From a virus (taxonomy: Duplodnaviria; Caudoviricetes), in IMG/VR virus record IMGVR_UViG_3300025653_004941, positions 1 through 25,673 of that record: a stretch of DNA of 25,673 nt, one strand, 5' to 3'. The notes under the pieces were generated by a model that was not told the origin of the DNA, did not search any database, and worked only from the letters and a program-made list of their open reading frames with translations. Below, in pieces: positions 25,370 to 25,673 of the stretch; within the stretch, counting starts at the first letter, position 1, and every line of letters begins with the position of its first letter. The translations under genes and the position numbers were made by a program.

Positions 25370-25673
25370 ATGGCAACAAAAAAGAAAAACTTGAAGAAGA
25401 CTGCCAAGACTGCTACTGCACCTAAGGAGACAGCGACGGCTCAACCTCAGGCGGCACAGGCACAAGCACAGGCTCCACAACCGGATCCAACTGCTTTGTC
25501 AATCGGCGACTTGAAGAATCTTTCTACCATACTTGACGTGGCATCTACAAGGGGTGCGTTCAAGGCCAATGAGATGGCGGGTGTAGGATTCCTATACAAC
25601 AAACTACAGGCGTTCTTGGCCAAAGTGGCACCAGAACAGAAAACTGAGGGAGCAGAAGCACCAGCGACTGCGG
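25370..25673 (+). CDS. 3'-truncated hypothetical phage protein
   Basis: MATKKKN...AQ-rich linker...LSIGDLKNLSTILDVASTRGAFKANEMAGVGFLYNKL; open to the window end; strong SD. Confidence 0.8.
   Translation, partial: MATKKKNLKKTAKTATAPKETATAQPQAAQAQAQAPQPDPTALSIGDLKNLSTILDVASTRGAFKANEMAGVGFLYNKLQAFLAKVAPEQKTEGAEAPATA

Noticed and set aside
1-25673. Stop-codon reassignment, tRNA genes, CRISPR arrays, IS elements
   Set aside because: TAA, TAG and TGA all end full-length genes; intergenic gaps are short and show no cloverleaf, repeat-spacer array or transposase.

Overview
A gene-dense, entirely plus-strand segment of a large dsDNA tailed phage. It looks like a T4/RaK2-type myovirus replication region; a marine or aquatic proteobacterial host is only inferred. 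It encodes a family B DNA polymerase, a probable sliding clamp, an RNase H-like flap nuclease and a MoxR AAA+/vWA pair. Between these lies a ~12 kb 7-deazapurine cluster: a TGT/DpdA-like transglycosylase, FolE, QueE, a QueD paralog with LxxxHRHxF (DpdL-like), a possible cluster-less QueE paralog, YhhQ, GMP reductase, a purine PRTase, a GT-B glycosyltransferase, GalE and a cupin. No QueC, QueF or canonical QueD is visible in the window. Main observations: (1) the transglycosylase is translationally coupled to the clamp gene and ends in the same peptide as the polymerase (TNxFxxLFE), suggesting clamp-tethered, replication-coupled base exchange; (2) the cluster points to a QueC-independent, possibly glycosylated deazaguanine, or a tubercidin-like nucleotide route; (3) GCWGC appears to be strictly avoided; (4) several consensus promoters would give leaderless mRNAs. 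All calls come from motif reading by eye; no database searches were run.
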